A stretch of 64,000 bases of DNA from Hypanus sabinus (taxonomy: Eukaryota). Positions 26,658 through 38,540 of this stretch are shown here, piece by piece (the first letter of the stretch is position 1; each line of letters begins with the position of its first letter). The position numbers were made by a program, and so were the translations under genes. The notes under the pieces are model-generated. The model had not been told where the DNA came from. It did no database searches and saw nothing but the letters and a program-made list of their open reading frames with translations. The stretch is from positions 106,330,001 to 106,394,000 of the forward strand of contig NC_082706.1 of the NCBI RefSeq assembly GCF_030144855.1, written 5' to 3'.

Positions 26658-27379
26658 TCCCAATCATACTTACGTTATTGAAGGCCATTTTTCCGAATGG
26701 GGTTTTGGTTGCGGACAGCAGCTTGCCAGAATCCTTTATCCTGGGCCAGTCTTTCAAGTTGTCGCAAGATGTAGCCCATCTCCTTCGGGTATCCTTCCTC
26801 TCCCGGGGAGCTTCCGTTGGCGTTTCTGCAGTTCTGAGGTTTTATGCGATGGGGTTGCCAATCCCAGGCCCAACCATCATCCTTTCGCTGCCGGGCTTGG
26901 GTCAGTTCATGGTTATTATTTAACTTAATAATAAAGTTAAATAATGAATTTTACATACCTTCACGCACACTTTGGGATTCGCGTGTCCTTGTCGAGGTCA
27001 GCGTTTACAACCCATTCTTTACATTATATAAATGGGAACATAAACAGATGTGCTTCCTGAACCCTTCCGTTCTGTAGCAACAGCGCAGATGGGTGCATTT
27101 TGTTGATTTCTGCACCCACAGTGAGACTTTGGGAGACTGAAGTTTTGGATGTTTGATAGGTGTCAGTCACAAGACCACCTCCTCCTGGAGCTAGGGAACT
27201 GCTGAAGCTGCACTATCCAGACAGTTAGAGAGCATTCCAGCTCACGAACTCTCTGTTATGTGCTTTGCCGATGCTGGAAGTGCTTCGGCACGTCGCAAAT
27301 AACCTCTGTCGAATGCATACCCGTGTAGGCAAGGTCATTAATCTGAAGCAATCTGACCCCAAGCGAAAACTCTTTTTAT

Positions 27380-28080
27380 CTTAACACGAGGAATTCCGTA
27401 GATGTTGGAAATCCAGAGCAACACACACACACACAATGCTGGAGGAACTTGGCAGTACAGATAGCATCTATGGAAATGAATAAACAGTGGACTTATCGAG
27501 CCTAGACTCTTCTTCACAATTGGAAAGGAAGGGGGAGACTACAGAATAAAAAAAAAGATGAGAGGGGAAGCTACGAAGGATGGCGAGCAGGTATTAGGTG
27601 AGGCCAAGTAGGTAGGAAAGGTAAACGGCGGGACAAGAAGGAATCTAATACGGGAGTAGTGTGGACCACAAGAGACAGGGAAGGAGAAGGGGACCCAGGG
27701 TGGGGTGATAGGCTGGTGAGAAGAGGTAAGAGGATAGAGTGGAGAATAGAAGAAGAGAGGAAGGGGATGATTTGTTTTTAACCGGATTCATGCCACCAGA
27801 TTGGAGGTTCCCCAGACGGAATATAGGGTGCTGTTCCTCCATGCTAAGGGACGGCTCATAGTGGCACAAGAGGAGGTCATACACCAACATGTCAGAACTG
27901 CAGTGGAAATCAGAATTAAATCGTTTGGCCACCGGGAAGTTTCGATTTTGACAGAGGGAGAGGAGATGCTCGACGAAGCGCTCCCCCGAGTCTCAACAAT
28001 ATAGAGAAGGCCGCATCGGGAGCACCGGAGACAATAGACGACCACAGCAGATTGCCTCATCTGTAAGGGCTGTATCAAGG
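27380..28080 (-). mobile_element. Penelope-like element 3' fragment with GIY-YIG endonuclease remnant
   Basis: VVYCLRCSRCGLLYIVET (ORF 27788-28078) and RFNSDFH...EEQHPIFRLGNLQSGGMN (ORF 27645-27932). Confidence 0.85.
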
Positions 28081-29517
28081 ATTTACGTATTTTATAGAAA
28101 GGTTAGGCAGGTAGACAGAGGGGGCGGGGAAGAGTGGCTCTTTGGTAAAAACTGAAATCGAATCATTAGGAAGAGCTGATATAGAGTTGGAAGATCTAGA
28201 ATCCTTGTGAGTAGAGCTAAGAAACTACAGGGGTAAAAAGACCTTGATGGGAATTGCAGCAAATATGTGGGCTACAAATTACAAAAGGAGTTAGAAAAGG
28301 TATGTCTAAAAGGTAAGGTAACCATAGACACGAGGGATTTCAATATGCAAGTAAATTGAGAAAATCAAGTTGATGTTGGACCCCTAAAGGGTACATTTGC
28401 AGAATGCCTATTGTATGGCTTTTAAGGGCAGCACATAGTTGAGCCCACCAGGGGATCCGTTATTTTCTGGATTGGGAATTGTTGAATCAACCGGAATTGA
28501 TTAGAGACCTTAAGCTAAAGGAGCCCTTCAGAGCCTGTAATCATAACATCCTCCAATCTGAGCAGAAGAACCCAAGGTCAAGGAATTGGCGGATGAATCG
28601 TATAAGTATTTTTAAACAGTCTTCACTTTGAGAGACACCAGCAGCATGCTGCAGCACGAGTGAGTGAATTTGTCATTACAAGGGAGAAGGTGCTGAGGAA
28701 ATTAAAAATCTAAAGGTAGATAAATCACCTGGACCAGATGATCTACATCCCAGAGTTCTGAACGAGGTGGCTGAAGTTATTCTGGAAGCATTAGTAATGA
28801 TCTTTCAAGAATCAATAGATTCTGACATGGTTCTGGAGGACTGGCAAACTGCGAATGGCACTCCACTCTTCAAGAAGGTAGAAAAATAGAAGAAAGGAAA
28901 TCATAGGTCAGTTAGCCTGGCTTCAGTGGTAGGGAAGTTGTTGGAGTCGATTGCTAAGAATGTGTTTTCGAGGTACTTGAAGGCACATGATAAAGTAGGC
29001 TGAAGGTAGGGTGGTTTCCTTACGAGAGAACCTTGAGCGATAAAGCTGGTGGAAATCTTGGAAGAAATAACAAGCAGGATAGACAAAGGGGACTCAATGG
29101 ATGTAGTGTACTTGGATTTTCAGGCCTTTGACAAAGTGCTGCACATCAGGCTGCTTAACAAGTTTAAAGCCGCTGATATTATAGGAAGGATACTAGCATG
29201 GATAGAGCATTGGCTGATTGGTAGGAGGCAAAGAACGAGAATAAAGGGAGCCTTTCCTGGTTGGCTGACAGTGATAAATGGTGTTTCACAAGGGTCTGTG
29301 TTGGGCCCACTTCTTTTATGTTCTATGTCAATGATTTGAATGACAGAATTGATAGCGTGGTGGTCAAGCTTGTGGACAGTAGGAAGATAGTTGGAGGAGC
29401 ATGTAGGTTTGAGGAAACAGGAAGGCTGTAGAATGCCTTAGACAGATTAGAAGAATAGGAAAAGATTGGCAAATGAAATTCAATGTCAGGGAATTCTACA
29501 GTCATGCACTTTGGTAG

Positions 29518-30642
29518 TGTCATTGTCCAGTCCGTGAAATGCGCATTCCAGTTCATGGTCCGATCCAGTTCCTTATTCCAGGTTTTCCTATTTTCCCCTG
29601 TTTCTGCTGAGGCAGCTGATTCTCGTTGGGGCTGACTTCATAAATAGCTTCAGGATTCAGCCTCTGGCGGCTGGATTGTTCCTGTCCAAACCCTCTGTCT
29701 GTATCCCTTCCCTTCACCTTCCTCCTGGAGGCTCACCTCGCCTCGCCTCACCTGTAACCCTTGCCTTCACTGCTGTCAAGTTCAACTACCGGATCAAGAT
29801 AAGGAACTGTCTTGCTTTGTTTTGAACTGTCTCTGAGTCCATGCCATCGCTAGCTAGGTCAAGCTGTTTAGCGCTACCTAGTGTTGGAAACTGTCTGTGT
29901 CCACGCCTTTGTTAGGTAGGTCCGGCCGTCTGCCACTACCTTGTGTTGGGAACCATCTCGTCGTCTTCTGCATTCTTTGTAATGAGTCCCGGCCCTACAT
30001 CCTGTACCCAAGGAGCGGTCTGAGATCTGTGTTCTGTGTAATGAGTCCCGGCCCTACGTCCTGTACCCAAGCAGGGGACCCAGCTTTGTGTTCCATGTTC
30101 CTGCCTCTTCCTCGATCAAGTCAAGGCTTCGGAGTCTCGTCCAGCCCTAGCCACGTCCTAGAACCTTGTCCTGTCCAAGCCACAACTTTGTGTTCTCGTC
30201 TTGCCCAGCCCGGGAATACCTTGCTCAGCCAGTGATGGGCTTCCCTCGTCCTATACTGGGGTTCCCTTGTCCTGTCCAGGAGTCTCACGACCAGTCCTTT
30301 TGCCTCTCCTCGTCCTGTAGCCGCGTCCTGTCCTCGCCTAGATCCGGAGTCCAAGCCTGAGTCAAGACACAGGTTCCGGGTCCCTGTCCAGTCTCTGGCT
30401 CGGAGTTCTTGTCCAGGTTCCAAGTTCCTAGCTCTCAGTTCGTTGTTCCTCTTCCAGGTTCCGCTCTCCTAGTCAAGTCCTAGCCCAGGCCTGGAATCCT
30501 TGTCTCGTCCAGGGCCTGTGTCATGTCCAGCGTCTTTTCTTCCCCACTTTCCTTGCTTCCAGTCTGATGCCTACTCCTGTCCCTAGTAGTTCAGTGTCTG
30601 TTTCTTGCATTTGGGTCCATTCCCAACGCCCACCCTATGACA
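29518..30642 (+). mobile_element. Solo LTR, 1125 bp, probably Ty3/Gypsy type
   Basis: TGTCA...TGACA termini with a 5-bp TSD GGTAG (29513-29517, 30643-30647); internal short tandem repeats about 29980-30070; no internal domain. Strand inferred from the TCTTGCATTTGGGTCC 3' motif. Confidence 0.88.
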
Positions 30643-30757
30643 GGTAGAAGATGTAAAAGTGTGGACTATTTTCTAAATGGAGAGAAAAATTTAAAAAAGG
30701 TTAATTTGCAAATTGAATCGTTCGTGAGGAAGGCAAATGCAAAGTTTGCATTCATTT

Positions 30758-32341
30758 TTTAAAAAAATACAATGAGTTTATTAATAAATGGAGTAATTCA
30801 TCCACGATACTGAACACATTCACATCACAAAGTATAATGCATTACGTTTCTCACAATTATATTTGAACAGGGGTAATAAAAGGCAATACTTCTACAATTG
30901 TTTGTAAATCATCTGTAGTGTTGGAAAATAGCATTAATAGAAACATTAAATATTGTATTCACATTTTTCCGCTCAAAATGAATATGCTTAAAGAGAAAGT
31001 CAATTTTGAAACAAAGGTTAAACCAAGCATACAGAAACTAGGTTTAATGCATAATGGCAAATACAGAATAAATGAAAATACAACACAATTTGGGCTTCCT
31101 GGTTCACATCATACTAGATTAAGAGTTTAGAAAAGACAATATGTCTTGTTTTACTGTACTGAGTTTTGATCAAAGATGGAAATAGATAGTAATTCGGAGG
31201 CATAAAATAAACATTAGAAACGTGCAGCATTGGGTGCTATGGCAATAGACTCAAAGTGAAAAGCAGCCCCCATGCATGACTTCAATTAGACCCAAATTAT
31301 ATGCCCTCCTTGATAGATAAATGCTCGATTTATGCACAGTGGTCTTGATGAACAGTTCTTAGATTATGTAGCTTGTTATAATCTGGAGTGGACTTGCATA
31401 CAAAAAAGACTCTTTACATCTCACATGCAAGTGAAAATATTAATTATGCATTCTATTGAGTTCTCTCAAATACTGTGTGCCAGCAAGGGAGGGGCTGGGA
31501 AATGGTGTATTCAGCTGTATTCAATTATATGAAGTGGTTCAAATCACTAAGATGCTCTTCAACTGTTTTTCTTCAGTGTTTGTCTTACATTTGGATTAGG
31601 AAGTAATTATTCATTGCATTAGCAAATGTTTCTTGGGGGCCTTTGCATCTGCACTTACTTTTGTTTGTCTACCTTCAAATCTCCCATCTTCACATTGATT
31701 ATAAGTGGAATAGACCTATCTGTGATTCATTGTCCGTAATGCAAAGTATAGTGCTTTCAAAGTCTGTAACTTTTTTTGCTAACATTGCTTTTGCATAAGA
31801 TACTGCTATCTAATGATTTTCGCATTGATAAAAGTGACCAGGAGGATCAGGTGTGCAGCACATATCTCTGGGTTTTCTGTTGAATAGATTATTAACCTTT
31901 TGCATTGAGGGAAGAATATATTAAAGAGGGAAAATTGCGCAGCAATGATAAATTGAACTTTATATGTCCTGGCGTGCAGGAAAAGACACAGAAATTAGGA
32001 TTGCATACAAGACTATCTTAACAATTTCAAAGCTTTATTTGTGTTCATGTTGAATGAAAAGCTTAATGGCCAGATACTGTTGCCCTTATTGTCAAATTTA
32101 CATTGATTTGATTTTATATTAGATGCTTTATGTTTTTAAAAAAATTGCAAGAAAATGAAAAATAAGGGGAAGAAAACTTGGGGATGCAGTAAGTTGAGTT
32201 TATCCACTGAAATGTGAGTGTGAATCCAGCTCAGGCTGATTGTTTGTTTGTTTTGGAGTGATTGCAGTCTAGTTCAGTCAGCACCAGCAAAGTCATTTCA
32301 AAATTGAGAATGTTTAATTTGAATCCTGGATCCCAGTATAA
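30758..32341 (-). other. 1.58-kb AT-rich insertion with a 12-bp TSD; candidate retroposed 3'UTR or uncharacterised non-autonomous element
   Basis: TTGCATTCATTT at 30746-30757 and 32342-32353; minus-strand AATAAA at 30777-30782 near the left junction; no TE motif or long ORF recognised. Confidence 0.7.
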
Positions 32342-32454
32342 TTGCATTCATTTCAAGAGGTCTGCAATGCAAAAGCAGGGATGAGATGTTGAGCTTTAAA
32401 AGGAACAGGTAAGACCTCACTTGGAGTATTGTGAGCAGTTTATCAAAGAAAGGC

Positions 32455-32830
32455 TGGAGAGTAGACGTGGGTAAACCCCACTGGGCAGCCAAGCCGGTAT
32501 CGATAAAACACCCCTCCGCACCAGAATCAATCAAGACAGAGACGTTGGACGCCCCACTCTAGAGAAGCAGGTATGAGAGTGAGTGGTGTCGAGGAGGGCC
32601 GGACAGGGGTCACGTTCACCAGTGCTCCTCGTCCTCCTGGTGAGCGCTTGGCTTTTGCTGGGCAGGTGGAGCTGAAGTGGCCTGGTTGGCCACGGTACAG
32701 ACAGGAGCGGATGCCGATCCTCCTGTCTTTCAGTCGGCGTCAGGCGGGTACGGTTAACATGCATAGCTTCGGGCTCTGAAACGGGAGTTGTAGATGGAGG
32801 CGAACGGCAGGGTAATGCAGATTGACGAGG
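32455..32830 (-). mobile_element. Ty3/Gypsy gag-protease internal fragment
   Basis: Degenerate zinc knuckle CLYRGQPGHFSSTCP followed by the aspartic protease motif LIDSGAEGCFID; no adjacent LTR. Confidence 0.8.
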
Positions 32831-34572
32831 GATGGGCACAGAGTTAAGAAGCCAGTAAAATGGGACTTTGCGTCAATTTCGTGCTATAACGTAAAATAAA
32901 TTAAGGTCTGGAATTATTCAATGGCGAAAGGGTTAAATGCACATGCAGTTGTATTCACTTCTCCAGATTTCCTCGACACACCAGGAGACAAGGAAACGGC
33001 ATCGGAAGAAGAATAAAAGGTCCAGGCCACCAGACCCAGAGTCCTGCCCCAGCTTTCAATACGATCATTGCTATTATGCCCCAGGCCTCAGCACCTCCTC
33101 TATGCCAGAGCATCATGGCCCTCAGGTCTCCGACTCCTCCGTTCATTATACTGCACAGATGCAGCTCCACTTCAGCTCCACTCGTCAAAAGTTTCAATGG
33201 CCAGTGGGAGAGAAGCAACTTTTGGTCGAAATTTCAGACATGTTTCTAACAACCTTCAGTAGCCCAGGGTCCAGAAATCCATTGAGATTTCGAAGTATCG
33301 CTTCCCTCTGCCAGAAGTTTCTCCCACTTCAATTTTATTGGAATTTTGTCTTCTAGGCTGTAAGATATCGTGATATAAATGAACAAGATATTCGAAATGA
33401 AGAAGTGGATGGAAACGTTGACCGGGGGCGAGTCCACATTCCATCAGGGAAGCGTTCGGCAGCTCTGTGGACATTGTAAGCGGTCAGTGATAGCAATGGC
33501 GCTGAGGTAGTAAATCAGCGGAGAGGGTGGGGGGAAGGTGAGGGGAAAACTCAGCGCTCCATCAGGCACATGTTGGAGAGCACTTCTCCAAACCGAATGT
33601 ATTCCGCACTCTGTACTACTGAGTAACATGGCGAAACCGCTGACGTCACTATTTCATTCGGAGTTTGAGGAGATGTGGTGTGTCAGCAGATACTCTTGCA
33701 ATATTTTTACAGATATATCACGGAGAATATTCAGCTTATATAGATCCTGTAATGCAAGAGTTTGTAGAGGGTTGTCGATTCAACCAGCTCCCTCACGGGC
33801 ACAGCCATCCCCGCCATCGGAGACATTTTAAGAGGCAGTGCTTGAAGAAATAGGCATTCATCAGGAAGAGGCAGAAGAGTCTAAGTATCCACATTCCACA
33901 TTTTAACAAACTTCTTCCCCTCCGCCATCAAATTTCCGAGGGACCGTGAAGACAATCGTCTTCTTTTCATTTATTACTTTGGTTACTGATACTAATGTTT
34001 CTGTCTTGCACTGTACTACTGTCGCAAAGCAACACATTTCGCGACTTACGTCAGTGGTAATAAGCCTGATTCTCATTCTGATTCACCAACAGGGCGCAGA
34101 GCTGAACAAACATTGACTTGAAGGGGGCGTTCGGGATCCGGTGACCACGCAAAAGAGAAAGTTGAGGGATTGACACTGAGCGGTTTCGACAAGAGATAGA
34201 AGGGCCTTGCTGACAGTGAGGGTCGAGGAGGTTGGGATCAGCGTCGCTCCACTAATATTGCTCGGATTGCTGAGAGTTTCCATAATATTCTGGTCTTATT
34301 TACGATTAAGATCAATTTTAATCGGAATAAAACAAACGGGACCAAAGAGCCGAGTGGCATTGTGGGATATTCAAGTAAACCTCTCCAAAAAAACTGGAGC
34401 ATGCCCCGCCCCTAACACCCTCCCCCTGAGAAAGGCGGAGCTATCAGCCTCAGGTAAAGAAGTGATTTAGACACGCGCCGTGGTGGGAGCTGAGGCGGGT
34501 TCAGCCCGAACAACAAAAGCTGATAAATTGCGTTTCCTCTCAGATTCGAAACACTGATCCGGCGCAACAAGC

Positions 34573-34997
34573 ATGTGGCAGGGTGTCCGGTTCCTGGTGC
34601 TGCTTTTCAGCTGTGCGTAACCAACACCTCTTCAACTTTTATTGCTCCTTCCCGCCGTGCAGATTCTTTTACCGTTTTCTGCTCCTTTTGTAGGTAGAAG
34701 TGTGGCTCAGACCCTGATCCAGCCCAAAGCATCGATGACGAAGTCTGTCGGGAAAACAGCGCTAATTGAGTGTCAATTGAATGGAGACTCCATAAGCAGC
34801 AGTAAACCCCTTCACTGGTACCAGCAGAAACCCGGAGAGCCGCTCCAAAGGATACTCTACTATGGAGATAGCGTAACGCGGGATTCGGGATTCGGGACAT
34901 CCTTCAATGCAGTAAAGAGAACAGAATCGCTAATGTATCTCAGAATCGTGGTTAGCACTGACAGCGCTGCCACCTATTACTGCGCCTACTGGGTTTA
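34573..34997 (+). CDS. TRGV: TCR gamma-like V segment A2, join(34573..34612,34694..34997), open frame
   Basis: Leader MWQGVRFLVLLFS, 81-nt GT..AG intron, C23, LHWYQQKPG, YYCAYWV. Confidence 0.9.
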
Positions 34998-35035
34998 CAC
35001 AGTATGTAATAGAAAGCAAACTCAGCACAAAAAGC
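34998..35035 (+). other. RSS of V A2: CACAGTA - 22 bp - ACAAAAAGC
   Basis: Heptamer 34998-35004, nonamer 35027-35035. Confidence 0.9.
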
Positions 35036-36084
35036 TCGACGAGCAGCCAGTCAAAGGGAACCGTCAATCCGGAGGCTGCAGCGACCCCCAGCTAGAATTG
35101 CACTTACCCATACCTGACGGGCCGGAGTTGGTGTATGCTCAAGAGGCTGGGACAGAAGCAACTGCTTCTGTCTCCGTCTCCGGGAGATGCTGATCTCCTG
35201 GCGTGGTGAGCTGAGAGCATTAACCGCTTCCCAATCCCCGAACTTCTGCTCACAAACGGGAACTATTTGCGACAGACAGTCTGGCTGACAAGTGCATCTT
35301 GTTACCAATTCACTCTCGGTGCGGATTGCACGCAATTTCCGATTCAGTTTCAGATTCATTTAACACATTCTAAAGAGTCATCACAACATCACGGGCCGAA
35401 GGGCCTATATTGTGCTATATTTTTTTCTTTTCTATAACATGGAAGGCCCTCACCGAGATTACTTTTTGTACTCTTGATACTCTCGGCAATTCTTCCAGAG
35501 TTTTAGAATACGGAGAACCAGTGCTTTATCAGCCAATGGAAGATGGTAGGTGGCAATCAAGAAGACGCTTCCTCGACAGTTTGACTTCAGACAAAACGAC
35601 ATTGTGGTAGCTGGAGACAAAGTGGACGACACTCACATTTACACCACTCTGCTGCTAACTGAGTCTGTGAGGTATGAGGTACCCAAGCATTGTGATAGAG
35701 GACCCTGGCGCTTGGCTGTAAGTAACGTAAGTTGACTAGACACTTCCACATATGGCACCGGAGCGATATGATTCACATATCGCAGGATACGTGGGCCAAG
35801 TTGACCTGGGATGCATGCTGGATTGCACTCATCACGAACATTGCAGGAACCTGCCGCACTCTCATGGGCATCGTGCAGGTTGCGTAAGAACGCGGATTTG
35901 AATTTCTTCACGTGGTATTAATAAATGATCAAGAGAACTGGATTCAGCAAACACTTTGAGACAAGACAATGTCCTTACTGCTGTAATGAACACCTGTGGT
36001 GAAGAACCGGCTTTGTCTTTAGCCAAGCTGCTTTCATGCAGTTACAGCATTAACCCATTGATTAGAAAGGTTCGTGCCAGGAGA

Positions 36085-36375
36085 ACGTAGTGATTCACAC
36101 TGCGCAATTCCACTCAGGGCGTCGGAGTTTGGAGTTGAATACTGGCGCTGTACGCATGGTGTCGCTGTAGTTCATCCCCGTGGAATGCATCGGTTTCCCT
36201 CGGTGCCCCGGTTTCCTCTCACAGTCTAAAGATGTACCGAGTTGGTTAACTGATCATTTTAAATTGTCCCATGTTTACATTAGGCTTCATCGAGGATGTC
36301 GGGGGTCGTTGCGGCGGCGTGACGTGAAGGGCCGGAAGGGCCTAATCTGCACTGTATCGCTAAATAAATAAATAA
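36085..36375 (+). mobile_element. tRNA-derived V-SINE/HE1-like SINE (internally deleted duplicate at about 39745-39955)
   Basis: CCCCGGTTTCCTCTCACAGTCTAAAGATGTAC core and a (TAAA)n tail. Confidence 0.7.
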
Positions 36376-37259
36376 AATTGCCTAGTGAAGTCCTGTTCAT
36401 ATAAAGCCGAGCAAATCAAATCTGACTAATTACAACACAGAACAGGAACCGAAGAACTGTACTCTAGGGATGAGGTGAGAGACACTGCTTTTGATATTAG
36501 GACATTATTTCGTTTACTGTAGTTCACAGGAGCCCTGAGAAAAACTCGAGTCAATGGGCATTAAGTGGAGAACACTTCAAGGACTGGAGTATTAAATCGC
36601 AGAAAGGAGGGAGGTTGGAAGTCCTTTCCTAGACCTGTACATTTTCAGTTGCTTCATTAATAAACTTTCTACATTATCACCAGTGTACAGACAATGACAA
36701 TCTCCAGCAAGTGTTTCCATTTAGCTACCCTTGATATTCAATTACCAGAAATACAGTTTGACCTGCCACACAAACACTGGGACAACACGTATGACTGCAG
36801 AAAAAGTAATTTCAGTGTTTTATGTGGTGACACTGATTATAAATTTTACTTCGAAATTTGGGCTTTGAATGTGGCCGGGTATTCTGGGGCAAACAGCACA
36901 CTTCCTGACATTTCAAAGACTTTCCATTGTCTGTAAAGCTACTTCGGGTGTTATGACGTTCTATCCATTAGGTGCTTGAGTTTGGTTCAACGCCATCCAA
37001 AACAATGAAATTAGTAACAACTCACTGTCCTGAATATTCATTCTTTTTAGCAGCTACACTGAATATTTGTAAACATCCAGGCTACTGATGCACGGCAATT
37101 ACTTACCCAGGTTCATCTGACAGCACCTCCTAAACTCACAGTCTATCAGCAAGAAAGAGAAGACCAGCTATTGCTGCTGTTGCGTTTCACACATGTTATG
37201 CCATTGTTAAATGTGTCTATAACAATTTTCTCAAATAACATATATATTGCCTCACTAAC

Positions 37260-37480
37260 GAGTGGGGCAGCATGGTAACGTAGTGCTTGGCACTCTGTTT
37301 TATTCCCGCAGCTGCCTGTAAGGACTTTATAATTTCTCCGCTTTCCTGCCACTTTCCAACACGTACCTGTTGGTAGGTTAATTGTTCACTGTAAGTGGTC
37401 CCGTGATTAGCAAAGGATTAAATCGGAGATTGCTCGAAGTGCCGGAAGGTCTATTCCGCGCTCTATCTCAATAAATAACA
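37260..37480 (+). mobile_element. Decayed V-SINE/HE1-like SINE (paralogues about 40840-41052 and 59760-59950; a related copy at about 43905-44090)
   Basis: GGGGCAGCATGGTAACGTAGTG head, GGTAGGTTAATTG..TGTAA..TGTCCCGTGATTAG body, AATAAA tail. Confidence 0.65.
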
Positions 37481-38077
37481 AAGCGAGGGATCTCCTGCTC
37501 GAAAACTGGGCGGAGCAAATGACTGTTGTAGCGTGGGGGGCTGTGTCACATTGCAATCACTGACCATCAGTTTTTATAAGACTTTAGAAAAAGATAGGAC
37601 TGGCCATCAAGTTAAACTCCTAAATCGGTGTGAGGCTAACTTTGAAGGCATTAGACGGGATTCTGTAGAAGTTGATTGGGTGAAGCTGTTTGCAGGTATG
37701 GGAAGCGGCAGGAGTCTGAAAGTGTAAGAGGGAGGGTTCAGAAACACTATAAAACCATAAGACATGAGGCTTGCTGAGTGTTTCCATAATATTCTGGTCC
37801 TGTTTAAGATAAACATAAGTTTTAATTGGAATAAATTATGGAAACGTGACCGAGGGGCCGAGTGGCATTGTGGGATATTCAAGTAAACCTCTGCAAATAA
37901 ACTGGAGTATGCCCCGCCCCGACACCCGCCCCCTGAGAAAGGTGGCGCTACCAGTCTTATGTAAAGAAGTAATTTGGACACGGCGGGGTAGGAGCTGAGG
38001 CGGATTCAGCCCCGACAACAAAAGCTGAAAAACTGCGTTTCCTTTCAGAATCCAGGCACTGACCCTGGGCAACAAGC

Positions 38078-38502
38078 ATGTGGCAGGGTGCCTGGTTCGT
38101 GGTGCTGCTTTTCAGCTGTGCGTTACCAACTACTCTTCAACTTTTATTGCTCGTTCCCGCCGTGCAGATTATTTTACCGTTTTCTGCTCTTTTTGCAGGT
38201 AGAGCTGTGGCTCAGACTCTGATCCAGCCCGAAGCATCAATTACGGTACCTGTCGGGAAAAACACGCTAATTAAGTGTCAAGTGAATGGAGGTTCGGTTA
38301 GCAACAGTAATCCCCTTCACTGGTACCAACAGAAACCCGGCAAGCCGCTCCAAAGGATACTCTACTATGGAGATAGCATAATGCGGGATTCGGGATTCGG
38401 GGAATCCTTCAATGCAGTAAAGGGAACAGAATCGCTAATGTATCTCAGAATCGTGGTTAGCACTGACAGCGCTGCCACCTATTACTGCGCCTACTGGGTT
38501 TA
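38078..38502 (+). CDS. TRGV: TCR gamma-like V segment A3, join(38078..38117,38199..38502), open frame
   Basis: Leader MWQGAWFVVLLFS, 81-nt GT..AG intron, C23, LHWYQQKPG, YYCAYWV. Confidence 0.9.
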
Positions 38503-38540
38503 CACAGTATTTAATAGAAAGCAAACTCCGCACAAAAAGC
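38503..38540 (+). other. RSS of V A3: CACAGTA - 22 bp - ACAAAAAGC
   Basis: Heptamer 38503-38509, nonamer 38532-38540. Confidence 0.9.

Larger units (their letters stand above)
28080..32445 (+). mobile_element. Decayed CR1 LINE hosting two nested insertions
   Basis: VVYLDFQAFDKV and SQGSVLGPLL motifs; the CR1 sequence resumes in register after 30647 and again after 32353 (TTTCAAGAGGTCT...CCTCACTTGGAGTATTGTGAGCAG). Confidence 0.85.
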
